Of a stretch of DNA of 64,000 nt, positions 11,131 through 24,156 are shown piece after piece. A program made the position numbers and the translations under genes. The DNA is from Marsupella aquatica (taxonomy: Eukaryota; Plantae; Marchantiophyta). Position 1 is the first letter of the stretch. Each line of letters opens with the position of its first letter. A model generated the notes under the pieces. The model was not told the DNA's origin, ran no database searches, and saw only the letters and a list, made by a program, of their open reading frames with translations. The stretch is taken from the NCBI GenBank assembly GCA_973895155.1, contig OZ316894.1:26769240-26833239 (forward strand), in the 5' to 3' direction.

Positions 11131-12675
11131 TCATGAAAAAACGTCTTTTTTCAAAACTTCTCATAAAACTCAAAACTCAACACCGCCGCGTAGCCCACGA
11201 AGCTAGGAGTCCAATACTGAAAGCCAAAATCAAAATCAAAATTCGACGGAAAAGTTATTCAAATTTCAGTCGGGGTGAGTAAAACCTTGGGAAACTCCCC
11301 CGTTTTGACCACCTCGGAGAATAACCGAAATACCCAGTATAACCCGTCGTCGGAATCATGATGTGATCGGTGCGCCGCGTTGCTAACTCCAGTGGCAACG
11401 TCCTCACCGAAAAAGAACCAAAAAAGTTACCATTCGGCGGACGAAATCTTTGTCGGACGGCCAAAAAACAGCTCTCTGTTTTTCGGGAATATTCCCGCAT
11501 AGTACAGCAGGTCTCACAGGGGGCCGTTCCCCCTATCCAAGCGGTTAAAACGGAGGGTGGCAGGTCCCGGCACATGGGACAAACTAATGAGAGGGAAAAA
11601 AGGCTAAAAAAGGGCACTAAAGGGGGTGCTTAAGCCCCTTAAAGCCTAAAATACCCCGTAAAGGGCCGGGGGTACGAAGGGCGTATGGCCGGCGTCGGGG
11701 CGGGACGAGGGTACAGCCGCGTACAAGCGGCATAGAGCCGCAAAGGGCTGGGCATACGATGACAGGGCGGTGCCGCGGTAGCGACCGACACAGTATGGCG
11801 GAGGGCGTACGAGCGCGCAAAAAGTGCCGGCCGGTGTTGCGCAGCTCGTCGCCGCGGCTGAAGGATGAGGGGAAAACAAGGTGCGGGGGGGGGGGTCGGG
11901 CGTACAAGGGGAAACGATGGGGGACCAAGGGCCGGGAGGGTGTGTATACACACCAAAAGTGGCCCTAACCTAAGCCAAGATTTGACTTTAAAACAAAAAA
12001 GCCGTTTACACACCTTGAACGCCGCTGCTTCTCACGAGTAAAGTGAACGCCGTCGACAGGAAATGTTGCCGAATTGCACCAGCACAGTCTGCAGCTCCAG
12101 CAGAGAAAAAAATTTCCACTGCGTCACACTCACTCCGCGTCAGGTGCCAATCCCGGACTCAAAACGACCGCTTCGCCGCGATCAAACCGTTGAGCCGTAG
12201 CACTTCGCGTTTCTTCCACCGAGTCGGACGTCACGAAGAGAAACCCGGTTCAGATGAGAACAAGCTCCATAGCTTGTGAAAAAACCTGAACGCCTCCGTC
12301 ACTCGTCACGTCGCACTCGGTAACAACTCGGCAACAATCCAGCTACCAAAACGACCAGCTTGCTTCAACCTTCAACTTGAGCTACAACATGCGATGCCTC
12401 CCGCACCGCACAGCTCACACTGTTGAAAACACAAACTCTGGTCTCTCCCCCGAAAAACCGTCGAACACGAATAAAACCCTGAACGACGCAGACTTTGATT
12501 CCTCCGCACCACGGATACCGATCAGCGAGTTCTAACCACCGTTAGAAAGCCCTCTCACTAACCTATCCGCTCAGCCACACACATTCAAGTTTCATGCGAC
12601 GAAACTCCGAATGTGCCATCGACAATAAACGCTGGAAAAACACGTCACGAAAAAACCTCGTCACCTCCAAGGCAT

Positions 12676-12687
12676 GCTCTGATACCA
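12676..12687 (-). promoter_or_regulatory. Primer-binding site, initiator tRNA-Met type
   Basis: TGGTATCAGAGC on the minus strand, 2 nt from the 5' LTR. Confidence 0.95.
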
Positions 12688-12689
12688 CT

Positions 12690-13033
12690 TGTTGAGCATA
12701 GACGACATTCGTAACGGCAAGCCCATGAACCATCCAACGCACAAGAGTCGACACAGAGAGATACGTGGTTCACCTCCACATGAGGCTACGTCCACGGGAA
12801 CATACAAGAGCTTTACTGCACTCTAGGCCGACCGGCCATACCAAGCATCCACAGCACAAGCTCTTCCTATCTCTCAACTAGCTCCATAACAATGAGCCTT
12901 TGTTCCACCAGGGTCTGGCATCAGCCCTGGCTATATACACAACAGCACTACCGCTAACATTAGCTAAGTCCTAACCCGAGTTAGACTAACTATGGTTAGC
13001 TCATGAGTCACAAGACTAGAGCAATATCTAACA
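12690..13033 (-). repeat. 5' LTR of the Copia element
   Basis: 344-bp direct repeat of 6296-6639. Confidence 0.96.
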
Positions 13034-14989
13034 TCTTGTAGCCCATGTCACTGCAGTTGCATGGATGATTTTGAGTGAAAAATGAGATGGGAAGTGGATG
13101 TTAGGCCCTTCCAAAATCCACTAAATTCTAGTTGGTAGTTGGCAATTACCCGACGTTCTTCGATGGGATTTGGTGACGGAATTGCTTGTCAATTTGTGGT
13201 ATAACGTCTACTTTCTAAAGTCCATAATGTTGACAGATTTTATGGCTTGTTGTTGACTTAGTAGGGGACTTAAAACAAACTTGTTTAGACCCTACCCTGG
13301 CCTTGGAGACAAGGGGTAACCCAAGGCCAAAACCTGGTTGGTTGGTGGCATAGTTTTGGGACGAAAACCACTTGGGGGGGGGGCCTCAAGAAAAATTATT
13401 GTATGTGTGTGAGGGGCTCAAGACCTGCTCACCCACCCCCACTTGAATATTCCCTTTTGCCTATTTTATGACTTTGTGTTTACCTTGATCATTTTCATTT
13501 CGACCTTTTTACTTCTTTTTTTTCTAGATATTGTATCCCTGTTGTGCCCTTTACTTTGTTATCTTTCTCTTAATTTTTTTCCCCCTTTTAGTGCCCTTTA
13601 GCTCCGTGTTACCTTGAAAGGAGTGGGGCCAAGTTTGAAAGGGTTGGTGTGAAGAGGTGGCAAGGAGGAAGAATCCAGAGTAGGGTTGGATACCCTCGGA
13701 AGGCTCTAGGAAAGGGGCAGCCAGGGCAAAGGGGCAGCCAGGGCAAAGGGTGCTCAAGAGGGCCCGAAAGCTCCCTCGAAAGCGAAAGGATCAAAAATGG
13801 GGTGCGTGTCGGCCAGTCCCGGCCTCAGGGGTACAAGTGTACTGGGGCAGGGGCCCGAGCCTGAGGCAAGGTACGCTGGTACAGGGGAGGCAAAGGGTCT
13901 CCCGCAAGGGGACCCCCATGAGGCTGCAGATATGTTCATGGGAGGAGGGCCAGCCCGAGGTGGCAGGCTCCCAAGCCCAAGGCCAAGGTTGTGACAGGTC
14001 CCCGGTACAAGGTACCAGGCGTGTGCCAAGGTGCGTCAGGCCCTGAGTTCTTTACACGTGATCCAAAATTGATGCTAGCCCTCCACGACTACAGAGCTCT
14101 CCACACCTCAGGATCTCTACAGTAGTGTTGGATGCTTAGAACTTAAATTTTAACAAGCACTTTAACAAAACCAAAGAAAACAAGATTTTGAAAACTGACA
14201 ACAATTAGAGTTATTCTTGCTTTCTGATCAAGTTAACGGTATATTAATGTTACTCACACATAATTTAGGCGCACTTTTAATCAATAGATTGATTAACATT
14301 TATTCTTGCATAATACCCTGTTTAGGTTTTACCCTGTTTCTCACCCCCAAGTACTTAAATTTATGAGTTAAACTAACTTGTCGAGTAATTTGTAATAAAG
14401 TCGGGACCAGTCACCCATAATAATAGTGTGTCGAAAAGTTTTGGAGAAAGTTTTGGAAGTTGAAATGTGCCCAATCTTTTTGGAAGAATTAATAGCCTTG
14501 TGTAAGTGTGCCCAATCTCTTTGCCTTTGGTACCCCTCAATCTTTGGTACCCCTCAATCTTGCATTTGACCCCTCCCCTCTACATGATTCAAAAAGTTGG
14601 AGACTTTCAGCGGCAAGACAGTCGTTGCCTTTGATGCATCGCTTTCTGAACGATTGGGAGAGCCATCCAGAGGTCCATTGGTCACCGGTGTGTATGGACG
14701 CACTTCTAGCTTCCATTTCCCCCTCTTCACTTCCGCCATTGAGTTTATGCCCTCCATGTTTGTCAGTGAAATCGGATTCTCCTCTTGAATGTAATTGACT
14801 AGTCAACATTCATTGGTTTGGTAAGGTGCATGCTAATGGGGCTTCCAAGAATTGCAAAATGAATCTAAATCCTGCATGGGTGACAGGTGGTGACTCCATG
14901 ATCGGCACATTCGTTGCCTGTGCCTCATGATTTGTACTTGACTTTGGAATTGACGCAGCTTTGTGCGAAAGCGATTCGTTTTGCCGGTC

Positions 14990-16130
14990 TGCCTCCCTAG
15001 CAATTTCCAGTCTTGCTAGCAAGATTTCCTGTTTGCTCACATCATACAATACCTCGCCGGTTAAGTTTTGACTGCCGAGTATTGAGGAAAACAGCTATCA
15101 GATTGGCATGCAAATTCAAACCAAAAAAGAAGAGATATAGATTAATCTCTCTCAAGACCTTCTCCAAGATGAATCTATTTTCTTGAAGTAGGCATGGGCC
15201 CAGCAGAAGCAACAGAACATGCTAATCCATTATTCCTAACGAATTCTGCTTCCTCCTGCATACACGTGCACTGTCTACGAGCTTTCGGATTTCAATCATA
15301 CCATCAACGGAGCAAATTTTCTCCTGCAAATAAAGTCCACTTTCCTGCCTTGTCCGATAATCCTTGAGGAAAGCAATACACAGAGCATCATTCCCATTCT
15401 CGCGTAAATTGAGAACTTACGCCTTCATTAAACGCGGAGTAGTTAGCAGCTTTTGAGCACGTTTCACGACCTTATCTTGCAAATCTGCGAAGCTTAGAAT
15501 ACTTGAGTCGCAGATGGAACTTCATATCCTTCTTGGTTGAATCCAGACTGTCAACTCGCTTTGAAGCAGAAGAACATGGCCCCCTTACTAGAATTGGAAT
15601 GTCTAATCTTCAACCTACATCATCAAGTTGTATCAGATCTGGAATCTGGGAGCGAAAGGCTTCTTCTGCAAAGTCAGTGAACTATGGAACTGATTGCTTA
15701 AAGTTCTGTGCTGGTGGCGGTTGCCATCGGCGAATTTTATCGTCATTCGCTTGATTTTACCGTCTCCTGGCAGCAACGTGAGGTCCCTTCCAGTACCATG
15801 TTCACGGCAAGGCAGCTACTGTATGCAAACCCTTCTTCTAATCTACAGACCAAATTTGACGAAGATATCCAAAGAACTTTCTACATATCTCGCGAAGAGC
15901 TTGATTTCACGCATCTATGATTTCGACTCTCAAAACTAAACTCGCATAACATTTTTCTTAGATGAAATGGTCTTTGAGCCAGAGAGAGGGATGGTTACAA
16001 CCCAAATTGCAGAATTCCGAAGACAATGTTACAGAATTGCAGCAACGAAAACCTGATTGTATGTGCGCTGCCAGTGGGTACTGCTTTATAGTCACTTTCC
16101 AGCCAGCCCAGCACAGTTTTCAATCTGGGT
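14990..16130 (-). repeat. 3' flank of PPR gene 2; right arm of the inverted duplication
   Basis: Reverse-complement similarity to 2238-3494, with indels. Confidence 0.88.
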
Positions 16131-18677
16131 TCACCAGTAATCACCACAAGAGCACATTCCATCTTTGAAATGGTGGAACCTATTTGCATCCCTCGCAATA
16201 ATCTCGCGTCCGGTCACCTTAGAGATATACTTGGATGCTGAGTGGCAATCTGAACACACCCGAAGGTTCTTACTTACACGAATTGGTTCTCCCCAAGGTA
16301 GGTGCATAAGTCCGTACACAATCGCCAGCTTCTCACTATGAGAGCAAAGAGCTAGCTCTTTATCCTCCTCATTCATATCATGCAACACAAGCCGGGTATC
16401 CGGAATGTAGCCTTCAGCCTTAAGTTTTTCACTCAATTTATTCAGCTCGGTATATATCGCCTTCGCTTCTGGGTGAGATGTATCCCCCACAACAAATTCA
16501 TGGATCTTGTTATCAACTTCAATCCAGCTACGCCCTGGCTCCTTCCAAACACCTCTCTTTTGCATCATAGTGCGCACAGATGACACCTTCTCCCACTTCC
16601 CAGCTGCAGCATAGATATTGGAGAGCAGCACATACGTAGAGGCCTTACCGGGTTCCAACTTGAAAAGCTCGTTAGCAGCCAGTTCGCCCAGCTCCACGTT
16701 ACCGTAAGTTCTACAAGCTCCAAGCAAGGCCGTCCAAGTCACATCATTTGGTTCGATCGGCATCTCATTGATCAACTGCTTTGCTTCCTCCAAGTGTCCC
16801 GCCCGCCCAAGAATGTCCACCATGAGGGTATAGTGAAAAATAGTACGCTCGATACCATAATCCTGCGTCATGGCAGAAAAGATTCTACGGCCATCATCGA
16901 CAAGGCCTCCATGAGAACAGGCTGACAACACAGCTATGAATGACGTCCCGATGGGCTTCACTTGGTCTGCATTCATTTTTCTGAAAAGTTCCAGGGCTTC
17001 ATGCCCATAGCCGTGTTGTGCAAGTCCACCGATCATTATGTTCCATGTGACTACATCGCGTTTCTCCATTCTGTTAAAAACAAGTCGGGCGTCAGCTATA
17101 CTGCCAGTCTCTGCATACATGTGAACCAGTGCACTGCCCACACGCAAATCTGACTCCAGTCCCGCTTTGCTCGCATGGCCATGAACTTCCTTCACCCAAT
17201 CCAAAGCCCCCTCACTTGCAGATGCATTCAGGATGCTCACATAAGTGAATGCATTTGGTTCAAAGCCTTCACGTCTCATTTCGAGAAACAGTTGATATGC
17301 TTCACGCCCATATCCATGTTGTGCAAGTCCACCGATCAGTACAGTCCATGTGACTACATCGCGTTTCCCCATTCTGTCAAAAACAAGCCGGGCGTCAGCT
17401 ATACAGCCACTCTCTGCGTACATGTGAACCAGTGCATTGCCTACACGCAAATCTGACTCCAGTCCTGCTTTGATAGCATGCCCATGAACGTCCATCACCC
17501 ACTCCAAAGAATCCGCACCTGCCGAAGAATTCAGGATGCTCACATAAGTGATTACATTTGGTGTGAAGCCTTCACGTGTCATTTGGAGAAACCGTCGATA
17601 TGCTTCACGCCCACATCCATGTTGTGCAAGTCCACCGATCATTAAATTCCATGTGACTACATCGCGTTTCTCCATTCTGTCAAAAACTCGTTGGGCGTCA
17701 TCTACACTGCCACCCTGTGTGTACATGTGAATTAGTGCACTGCCCACACGCAAATCCGACTCCAATCCGGCTTTGCTAGCGTGGCCATGAACTTTCTTCA
17801 CCCACTCCAAAGGCTCTTTGCTTGCAGACGCATTGAGAATACTTACATAAGTGAATGCATCTGGTTCGAAGCCTGCACGTCTCATTCGGAGAAACAGTCG
17901 ATATGCTTCCACACCATCACCACCTACTGCATATGCTCCAATCATAACATTCCATGTAATGACATCTCGATTGGTCAACTTTTCGAAAACAATCCTTGCC
18001 CCGGTGATGCACCCACATTTTGCGTACATCCGTAGCAGGGCAGTCCCTACACGCACGTCTGATTCAAAGCCAGCATGTCGAATACGCTCATGAATTTCTT
18101 TTCCGCGTGTTAGAGCTAATGGGCTGGCACATCCTTTCAGGATGCTCAGATATGTCATCTCATTAGGCTGCACGCCTTCTTGGTGCATTTGATTAAAAAG
18201 GTCCGATACAGATTCAGCATGATTACTATTAGCATATCCTGCTATCATCGCGTTCCAAGTAATAACGCTCTTTTTCTCAAGTTGATCAAAAACTCGACGT
18301 GCATCTAACAATCCTCCGCATTTGATATACACATTCAAGAGCGTGACTGCTACATATGGAGGTTTATGAGTTCCACTCTCGATGATGCAATCATGAATTT
18401 GCTTGGCTGCTGAAAGGTCTTTCCAATGCGAGCACATTCGAAGAAGTTTAACATACGTGTACGAGTCTACAGTAATGCCTCGCTGTAGACGATATTTTAA
18501 AACAGCAATTGTTTCATGCACATGCCTACTGCCATTCCCTTTTGCAGTGACTTGAGACCGATCTCTCGCGCCGAATCTAACATCGGATTGAAATCCGCAG
18601 TGAGTAATCAAATTCGCCCTTGGCTTAACCCATGCTGGAGTTGACCATCCATCCACCCAAAGTGCTATCCTTGTCAT
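16131..18677 (-). CDS. PLS-class PPR-E-DYW RNA-editing factor, paralog of gene 1
   Basis: 848-aa intact ORF with an N-terminal non-repeat extension (possible targeting peptide), PLS array, PG box, HSEKLA, CSDCH and CSCGDYW. Confidence 0.96.
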   Translation of the reverse strand: MTRIALWVDGWSTPAWVKPRANLITHCGFQSDVRFGARDRSQVTAKGNGSRHVHETIAVLKYRLQRGITVDSYTYVKLLRMCSHWKDLSAAKQIHDCIIESGTHKPPYVAVTLLNVYIKCGGLLDARRVFDQLEKKSVITWNAMIAGYANSNHAESVSDLFNQMHQEGVQPNEMTYLSILKGCASPLALTRGKEIHERIRHAGFESDVRVGTALLRMYAKCGCITGARIVFEKLTNRDVITWNVMIGAYAVGGDGVEAYRLFLRMRRAGFEPDAFTYVSILNASASKEPLEWVKKVHGHASKAGLESDLRVGSALIHMYTQGGSVDDAQRVFDRMEKRDVVTWNLMIGGLAQHGCGREAYRRFLQMTREGFTPNVITYVSILNSSAGADSLEWVMDVHGHAIKAGLESDLRVGNALVHMYAESGCIADARLVFDRMGKRDVVTWTVLIGGLAQHGYGREAYQLFLEMRREGFEPNAFTYVSILNASASEGALDWVKEVHGHASKAGLESDLRVGSALVHMYAETGSIADARLVFNRMEKRDVVTWNIMIGGLAQHGYGHEALELFRKMNADQVKPIGTSFIAVLSACSHGGLVDDGRRIFSAMTQDYGIERTIFHYTLMVDILGRAGHLEEAKQLINEMPIEPNDVTWTALLGACRTYGNVELGELAANELFKLEPGKASTYVLLSNIYAAAGKWEKVSSVRTMMQKRGVWKEPGRSWIEVDNKIHEFVVGDTSHPEAKAIYTELNKLSEKLKAEGYIPDTRLVLHDMNEEDKELALCSHSEKLAIVYGLMHLPWGEPIRVSKNLRVCSDCHSASKYISKVTGREIIARDANRFHHFKDGMCSCGDYW

Positions 18678-19621
18678 CTTATGATTGAACTGAAGTGCTC
18701 TGGGCTTCCTCTGTCAGCACCGCAACCCACGATCAGATCTCGTACCAGGATAAAATCCAGGAGATTCCACGAGGTGCAATTAATTTGAAGTTATTTCTTG
18801 AGGACTATGTTTCCCAACGATCGTTCCACAGTGAATGTTCAGAAATAGATAGCAGACCGGTAAGTTCTGGAGTTCAAGTGTGCATTCCTACCTCCGTCCA
18901 AACATGTATTTTCTCGTCTCTGTTGCTCTGCTGTGATCTTTGGTAATGATAACTTGAAAAAGTTGTATTACTCCTCTTCAACTGAGAGTAACGGCTATCT
19001 GTCAAGAATGCAATGATCTTACAATAGACTACTGAAATAATTGTGAAAGGCATATCCAGGTTACTTGAGAAGCTCATTCATACTCCCGTCTTTCACTGTA
19101 ACCATAGAAAGGACAGAGGCAAGAGCCTATCGAATTGGCACTAAGGAACTTCAGCAGCAGTCACATTCGATCATTGGGTTTTGCATAGGATAGACTCTTA
19201 CGACACCTTGACAAGTGTTCATTTGTGCGTTCCCTACACTGTCCTTTCTATGCTATACACAAACCAGAATCTCAAGTTTTTTTAACCGAGATTGAAATTC
19301 ACAAATAAAGCCTGACCAGCATCTGTAGATTAGAGAATCCATTGTGATTAGACACATATGACATGAATGTGACAGCCCCCTCCCCCCACCCCACTCCCCC
19401 CCGCCCCCCGCGCCCCCCCCCCCTCTCCACCCCACCCCGCCCCGCCCTCTCTCCCTGTGTTCCTTGGAGATATAAAAATAATCATTCAAGTAAAGTCTTC
19501 ACCTCATAGCAGGAAATTCACTGAACTACAAACTACAAATGTCACACCGTGGTGTTGGAACAAGAGGTCCTATTCAAAAGTAGGTACGCATAACGTCGAA
19601 ATCGCTCTTCAGTCTCATTAC

Positions 19622-20344
19622 CTGAAGCCCTTGTACAAGAACAATGGCTGATGCCCATACCAATTGAACCAGACGACGAAGGATGAAGTCTGCAGATCAA
19701 ACGTTTTTGTTGAGAATGCATTCCGGGTCGTTTGATCACATCATAATCCAACAAATGACATGCATACAAAATTAATCATACCTGGTTGTGGCGTGTTGCC
19801 TAAAGCGGTCCATATCCAAAATTTCCATCGCGTCAGATTCGTTCCCGTGCCGGGACTACAGAGCTTAATGGTACAGTTGTGAGAAATATGATCCTACCTG
19901 TTTGACAAACATTCAAATCAGTTTAGGTAGTGCAATCTTGCAGAGCCCTCAAATCTCAAGTCTCATCTTTCCTTCCCCTTGGACTAAGGCAAAAATTCAC
20001 TAAGTGAAGGCTCTGTTGGGGAAACCTTCGGGCAGGGGAATCTCAGCTCAACGCAACAGTTGAACCCCCTGAAGGCATGGGAGTAGCAGTATCTTCTCCA
20101 GGATGACGTCCTCCTTCATTAACAATTTAGAATTAAGAATTGCTGCACTCTTCTAAGAATTATCCCAGCTTTGCCATCCACACTTGAGAATCAAAACTAC
20201 AGGTTTTGAGAGGGAAAAGTATGAGAATTAACAAATCCCAAAGCAACCACCAGCATACCTGCACATTGCCCCCTGAAAAAGTTTGGCGCAAGTGCTCTTG
20301 TTTATCACCCTCCAAGAAAGAACCTTTTCCAACCGAACTGTCCT
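19622..20344 (-). other. Possible small spliced exons upstream of PPR gene 2
   Basis: AG/GT-bounded segments on the minus strand: about 20260-20343 (tgtatgcag...CAG|gtatgc), a donor CAG|gtatga near 19781, and about 19622-19689 (tgatctgcag...CAG|gtaatg). Only splice motifs support this; no homology was recognised. Confidence 0.3.
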
Positions 20345-21360
20345 GCATACAAACGAAAAATTGACGACATTTCTTCAAAGAGGAACTTGTGAACAGGTGA
20401 TATTGATATGCAGAGCGTGTAAGTAGCAAATTGGGCAGGCTCGACAATTCTTTCAGAATAAGAAGTTCAAGCAAGTGGGAACAAAATTGATCTAGGATGT
20501 GATGGGGCAATAAAAGAAGCTCATAACGGGGACATCCTTTAAAGTTTGACATGTCTAAAAAAAGAGGCAAATGCTTATAATTGCAGGCAGCAGGAGACGT
20601 CATCTAAGAATTGAGCAGGACTTGAATCAGGATGAAGAGACGAAAAGTATCTCAGACTGAAAAAGAGATTCTGTCCTGCTTCCTTGGGCACTAAGAGTTG
20701 ACAAGTATTGTTGCCCCGCAAATTAGGGTTGAAACGCAGACGATCATCGAGTATGGCTAGGGCCTTCCTAGGAATTCTCTGCCCAAAAGACATCGCGAAG
20801 GCGGTGTAAGAGTGGTAACGCGAACTTAACAGGGATCACTGGATTCGTCAGCGAGCTACACACAGCTCGGTACCAGCTCCCCGACAAGTAAGTAAAGCGA
20901 CATCAAATAATGAGGTACGACAAGTAATTCTTAGCAGTTGTGAATTCTACAAGCATTACCAGCTTGCGACAGCCCGAGATCGGGATAGCCAGCGGGGATC
21001 TCCTTCGATTCATGTAGAGATGTAGGTGGCGAGGAAGAGGAAGAGGAGGAGCACTGAGAAGCGGCACTGTTAAACCTGAGCTGTCACTCGCATTCTCGCA
21101 GAAACCTTTATCTTCAGTTGGAATTCAGCTGAACTGAGCCCAGCTACGTGAGCCGAACTGCGTATTCCGAATTCGAACTGCGATTCGACTGGGGATTGAT
21201 TGCCAACAGTTAAACCACAACTGCCCCTGCAAAGGGCTACGGGTAACAAAACAATTGTGCCGCTGATCCAATTGAGGTGAGGTAAAAGAAGAGATTTGAC
21301 TGCACTATGATGTCCTGAGGATCCCTCAATAGCCACAACTAAATGCATCACTCAGAGAAA

Positions 21361-21477
21361 ACTTAAACTAAGACTCTCTGGTGGTTTGAGAGAATACTTC
21401 CACACTTCACGACTCTTCAACTTAAACTAAGATTCTGTGGTGGTTGAGAGAATAAATGCGCACTTCACGACTCTCAA
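21361..21477. repeat. Two-copy tandem repeat of about 59 bp
   Basis: CTTAAACTAAGA..CT.TGGTGGTT...CACTTCACGACTCT occurs twice. Confidence 0.8.
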
Positions 21478-24148
21478 ATGTCTGCAGACCAGATTGTGAT
21501 GGACAAGATTGTGATGTAGTGAGGATCCTCAATATACATCATTCTAGTGCTTGACTATTTTAACTTATTGAAAAATATATTAAAAACCTAAGTTATACTA
21601 TCACTCCTAAATTTATTAAATCATAGAAATATAAGATAACTATAAAGTATAGAAATATAAGATAATAAGAAATATAAAGTAACTATAAATTTGCAATGAT
21701 GGAAAATTGAAGCGCATCAAACTGTGTGCCCAAGTACAACTGTGTGCCCAAGTACAACGAGGCGCGGGCCAGAGGAGGTTGTGTGTCATGGAATGATTCT
21801 TTAAATGTAAAATAGTACTTGCTCTGCACAGCAGATCTGTGTGATGCACTGGTAGAAGAGCCTAGTCTGGTCCTTGAGGTAGTGTGTTCAAGTCGGGCAT
21901 GAAGTAATTTTCTTTTCCAATCAACTCACGGCAGAGAAAAGGTGGCAGAGTAATAAATGAGCTTAAAGGGGTTCAATCAATTCCTACATTGAAATATATG
22001 TGGAGGAGTGCCTTGTTTGGAGGTGGTGTCTTCTGATTCCTTATCTTTCTTCCCCCTAATCTTCTTCCCATCATACTCTAGGTGTGGTGCATCCCATGGC
22101 TCCCTAAACCCAAGAAACCCCCCGGCACAAGCCGATTTCCGCAGGTTTCGCTCTTGGCAAGGCTGGTTCTGCGGCTTATCGGCATGGGACGCTGCTACTA
22201 ACATTTTACACACATATACGGTCTAGATTCTATGTCTTCCCTTGTCTTCCTCTCCTGGTCTTCCTTTAGATATGTTTGGATTCCGCCGCCGGAATGATCC
22301 CCAATTGGCTTGGGTTAGCCGCTAAGACCTCTCTCAGCTCAACACATCCAACTCTTACCACCCTGCTTAAGTCCCTTCTCTCTTGGTTGATGTGGGCAAT
22401 CTTCAAACAAGTTAATGCGACACACAAATAGCAAAATGACTCCTTCTGACTGAGTTATACCATACACTTGCCATACAAACAGTACTTCTCATACACAAGA
22501 CACAAGATCTGCGAACTAAGCCGTGAGGCCAACTCTATTCAGCTCTTAGGCATGAGGAAACATGAATATACACAAGGGTCACTGTATAACTAACCAAGAG
22601 CTACTTTTACTACTTGATCCCAGCCCTGTTGGTGCACTAAAAACTTGCTAAAGAAGAAGGCCCTTAACTCCCCGCTACCCAGGTACTTATCCTGGCAGCG
22701 GATCCGCCTAATTCCTTGTAGCATAAGCCTAATCTATCCTAAGTGTAATCTACCTATGTACAGCGAGGCAGGAGCACAAGTGTTGCTCTTACCAGTGGAT
22801 CCGCAATCCCACTAATCTAAGTGTTAGGGCCGCCCCTTGGTCCTGATCCTAATTTCTAAACTTAGAGATTTGCGCCCGCCTTGCCCACTCACGCCTCCTC
22901 CCTCCACGTCCGCCCTCCTTTAAAGGAGCGGCCCTCCACCACCGTCATGGTAGTGGTGGTTGATCCTCAATGGACGCCCCCAACGCTTCCTCCGTAGCCA
23001 CTGCCGTAGGTCCATCTTCTGACAGATTACCTGCCCTAGACCAAGTCAACTCTCCCACGGCCTGACCGGGTCCACCCTCTGCTTCGGCCTCCCCTTCGGC
23101 TACGGCCTCAGATCCAGCTACGGCCTCCCCGGCCTGCTCTAGTGGTGGCTCCGCTACCCCGGTTTCATCAATGATCGTCCGGCCTCGGCCTTGCCATCCT
23201 CGCCTTCTAGGATAGTTGAATCCTCTGTTGTGACCTTGCCTGAGGCTGGTGCCGTTTTCTCCTCCTTGGTCATGGTGGCTTGAGAAGCCGTGTTGCTCCC
23301 TGACCCGAAAGGTTTTCGCTTCTTCCTCTTCCCTGGTTCGGCAGCTGGCCCCTCCCTTTGCCACTTACCTCCGGCACCGGTGCAAGTGTCGCGGCTTGTC
23401 CCTTGGCCAGTACTACCCCTGGCAACTTTGTTGCCACAAGCACTTAAATACTGCGGCTTGTTTCTTCAGCTGCTCCGTTTGGTTGTCGGCCCGCCGTTGT
23501 AAGTTCTCCATCTTCCGCGTGCTTTCCTCCAACTCCTCCTGCGTTTCGTCTAGGTCCCTGCGTGCCTCCTCTAGCTCCTTCTGGGCTTCCTCCAATTCCT
23601 TCTTTAAGGTAGCCCTCTCTTCCTGGGTTGCTCTCAGCTCCCTATCGAGCTCCGTTACGACCTCAAACTCCATCTGGTTCATCTTGGCGTAAGTTTGATC
23701 AAGCTGGTCGTCCTTCTCATGCAGGTCGGCCTTGAAGCTGGCCATCAGGGATGCAAGCTCTTGCTGCAGCACAATAATCCCTTGATAGGTGTGACGCCGC
23801 TGGTACGGCGAGTAATGAGTTATTCAGTCTAAACCGTGCTTAGCACGCGCGTTAGGGGTATCTTAAGCCGCTATGATTAGCATAACAACAGTATTTAGGT
23901 AGCCATTATGAGTAGGAAATCATTAGTCAATAAGGGGAATTCATGTTTGGGTTGGCGGCGCGTCGCCATTTGCACGCCCGGGTTACGAGCGTGGAGGGGC
24001 CCCTCCCTCCGGTCTGTATAACAAACTTTGGGAGGCATCCACTGACACGCGATGACTCAGACCGGCGGAGTGGCCGGTACACTACAAGCGTGAACGGTTC
24101 AGCCTATAGGCAACGAGGAGATGTCGGGGGAGCGACAAGCCCTCAAGG

Positions 24149-24156
24149 TATAAAAA
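24149..24156 (+). promoter_or_regulatory. Candidate TATA box of the family-B LTR
   Basis: TATAAAAA in a GC-rich context about 100 bp upstream of the ATG at 24257, followed by a pyrimidine-rich leader. Confidence 0.55.

Larger units (their letters stand above)
6296..13033 (-). mobile_element. Full-length Ty1/Copia LTR retrotransposon, Tnt1/Tork-like
   Basis: Two 344-bp TG...CA LTRs, 5-bp TSD TCTTG (6291-6295 and 13034-13038), PBS, PPT, gag, and PR-INT-RT-RH domain order. Confidence 0.97.

Noticed and set aside
5238-13996. TGTCAC...GTGACA as the ends of an outer LTR element
   Set aside because: The flanks do not form a TSD (GTTGT versus GGTCC) and no paired LTRs were found. The region is probably decayed TE but cannot be delimited.
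13680-14045. GC-rich tract with short repeats (AGGGGCAGCCAGGGCAA twice) and several small ORFs
   Set aside because: No recognisable protein or termini; probably a TE fragment.
21838-21900. tRNA/SINE-like A and B boxes
   Set aside because: The boxes are degenerate, and no cloverleaf, tail or TSD could be established.
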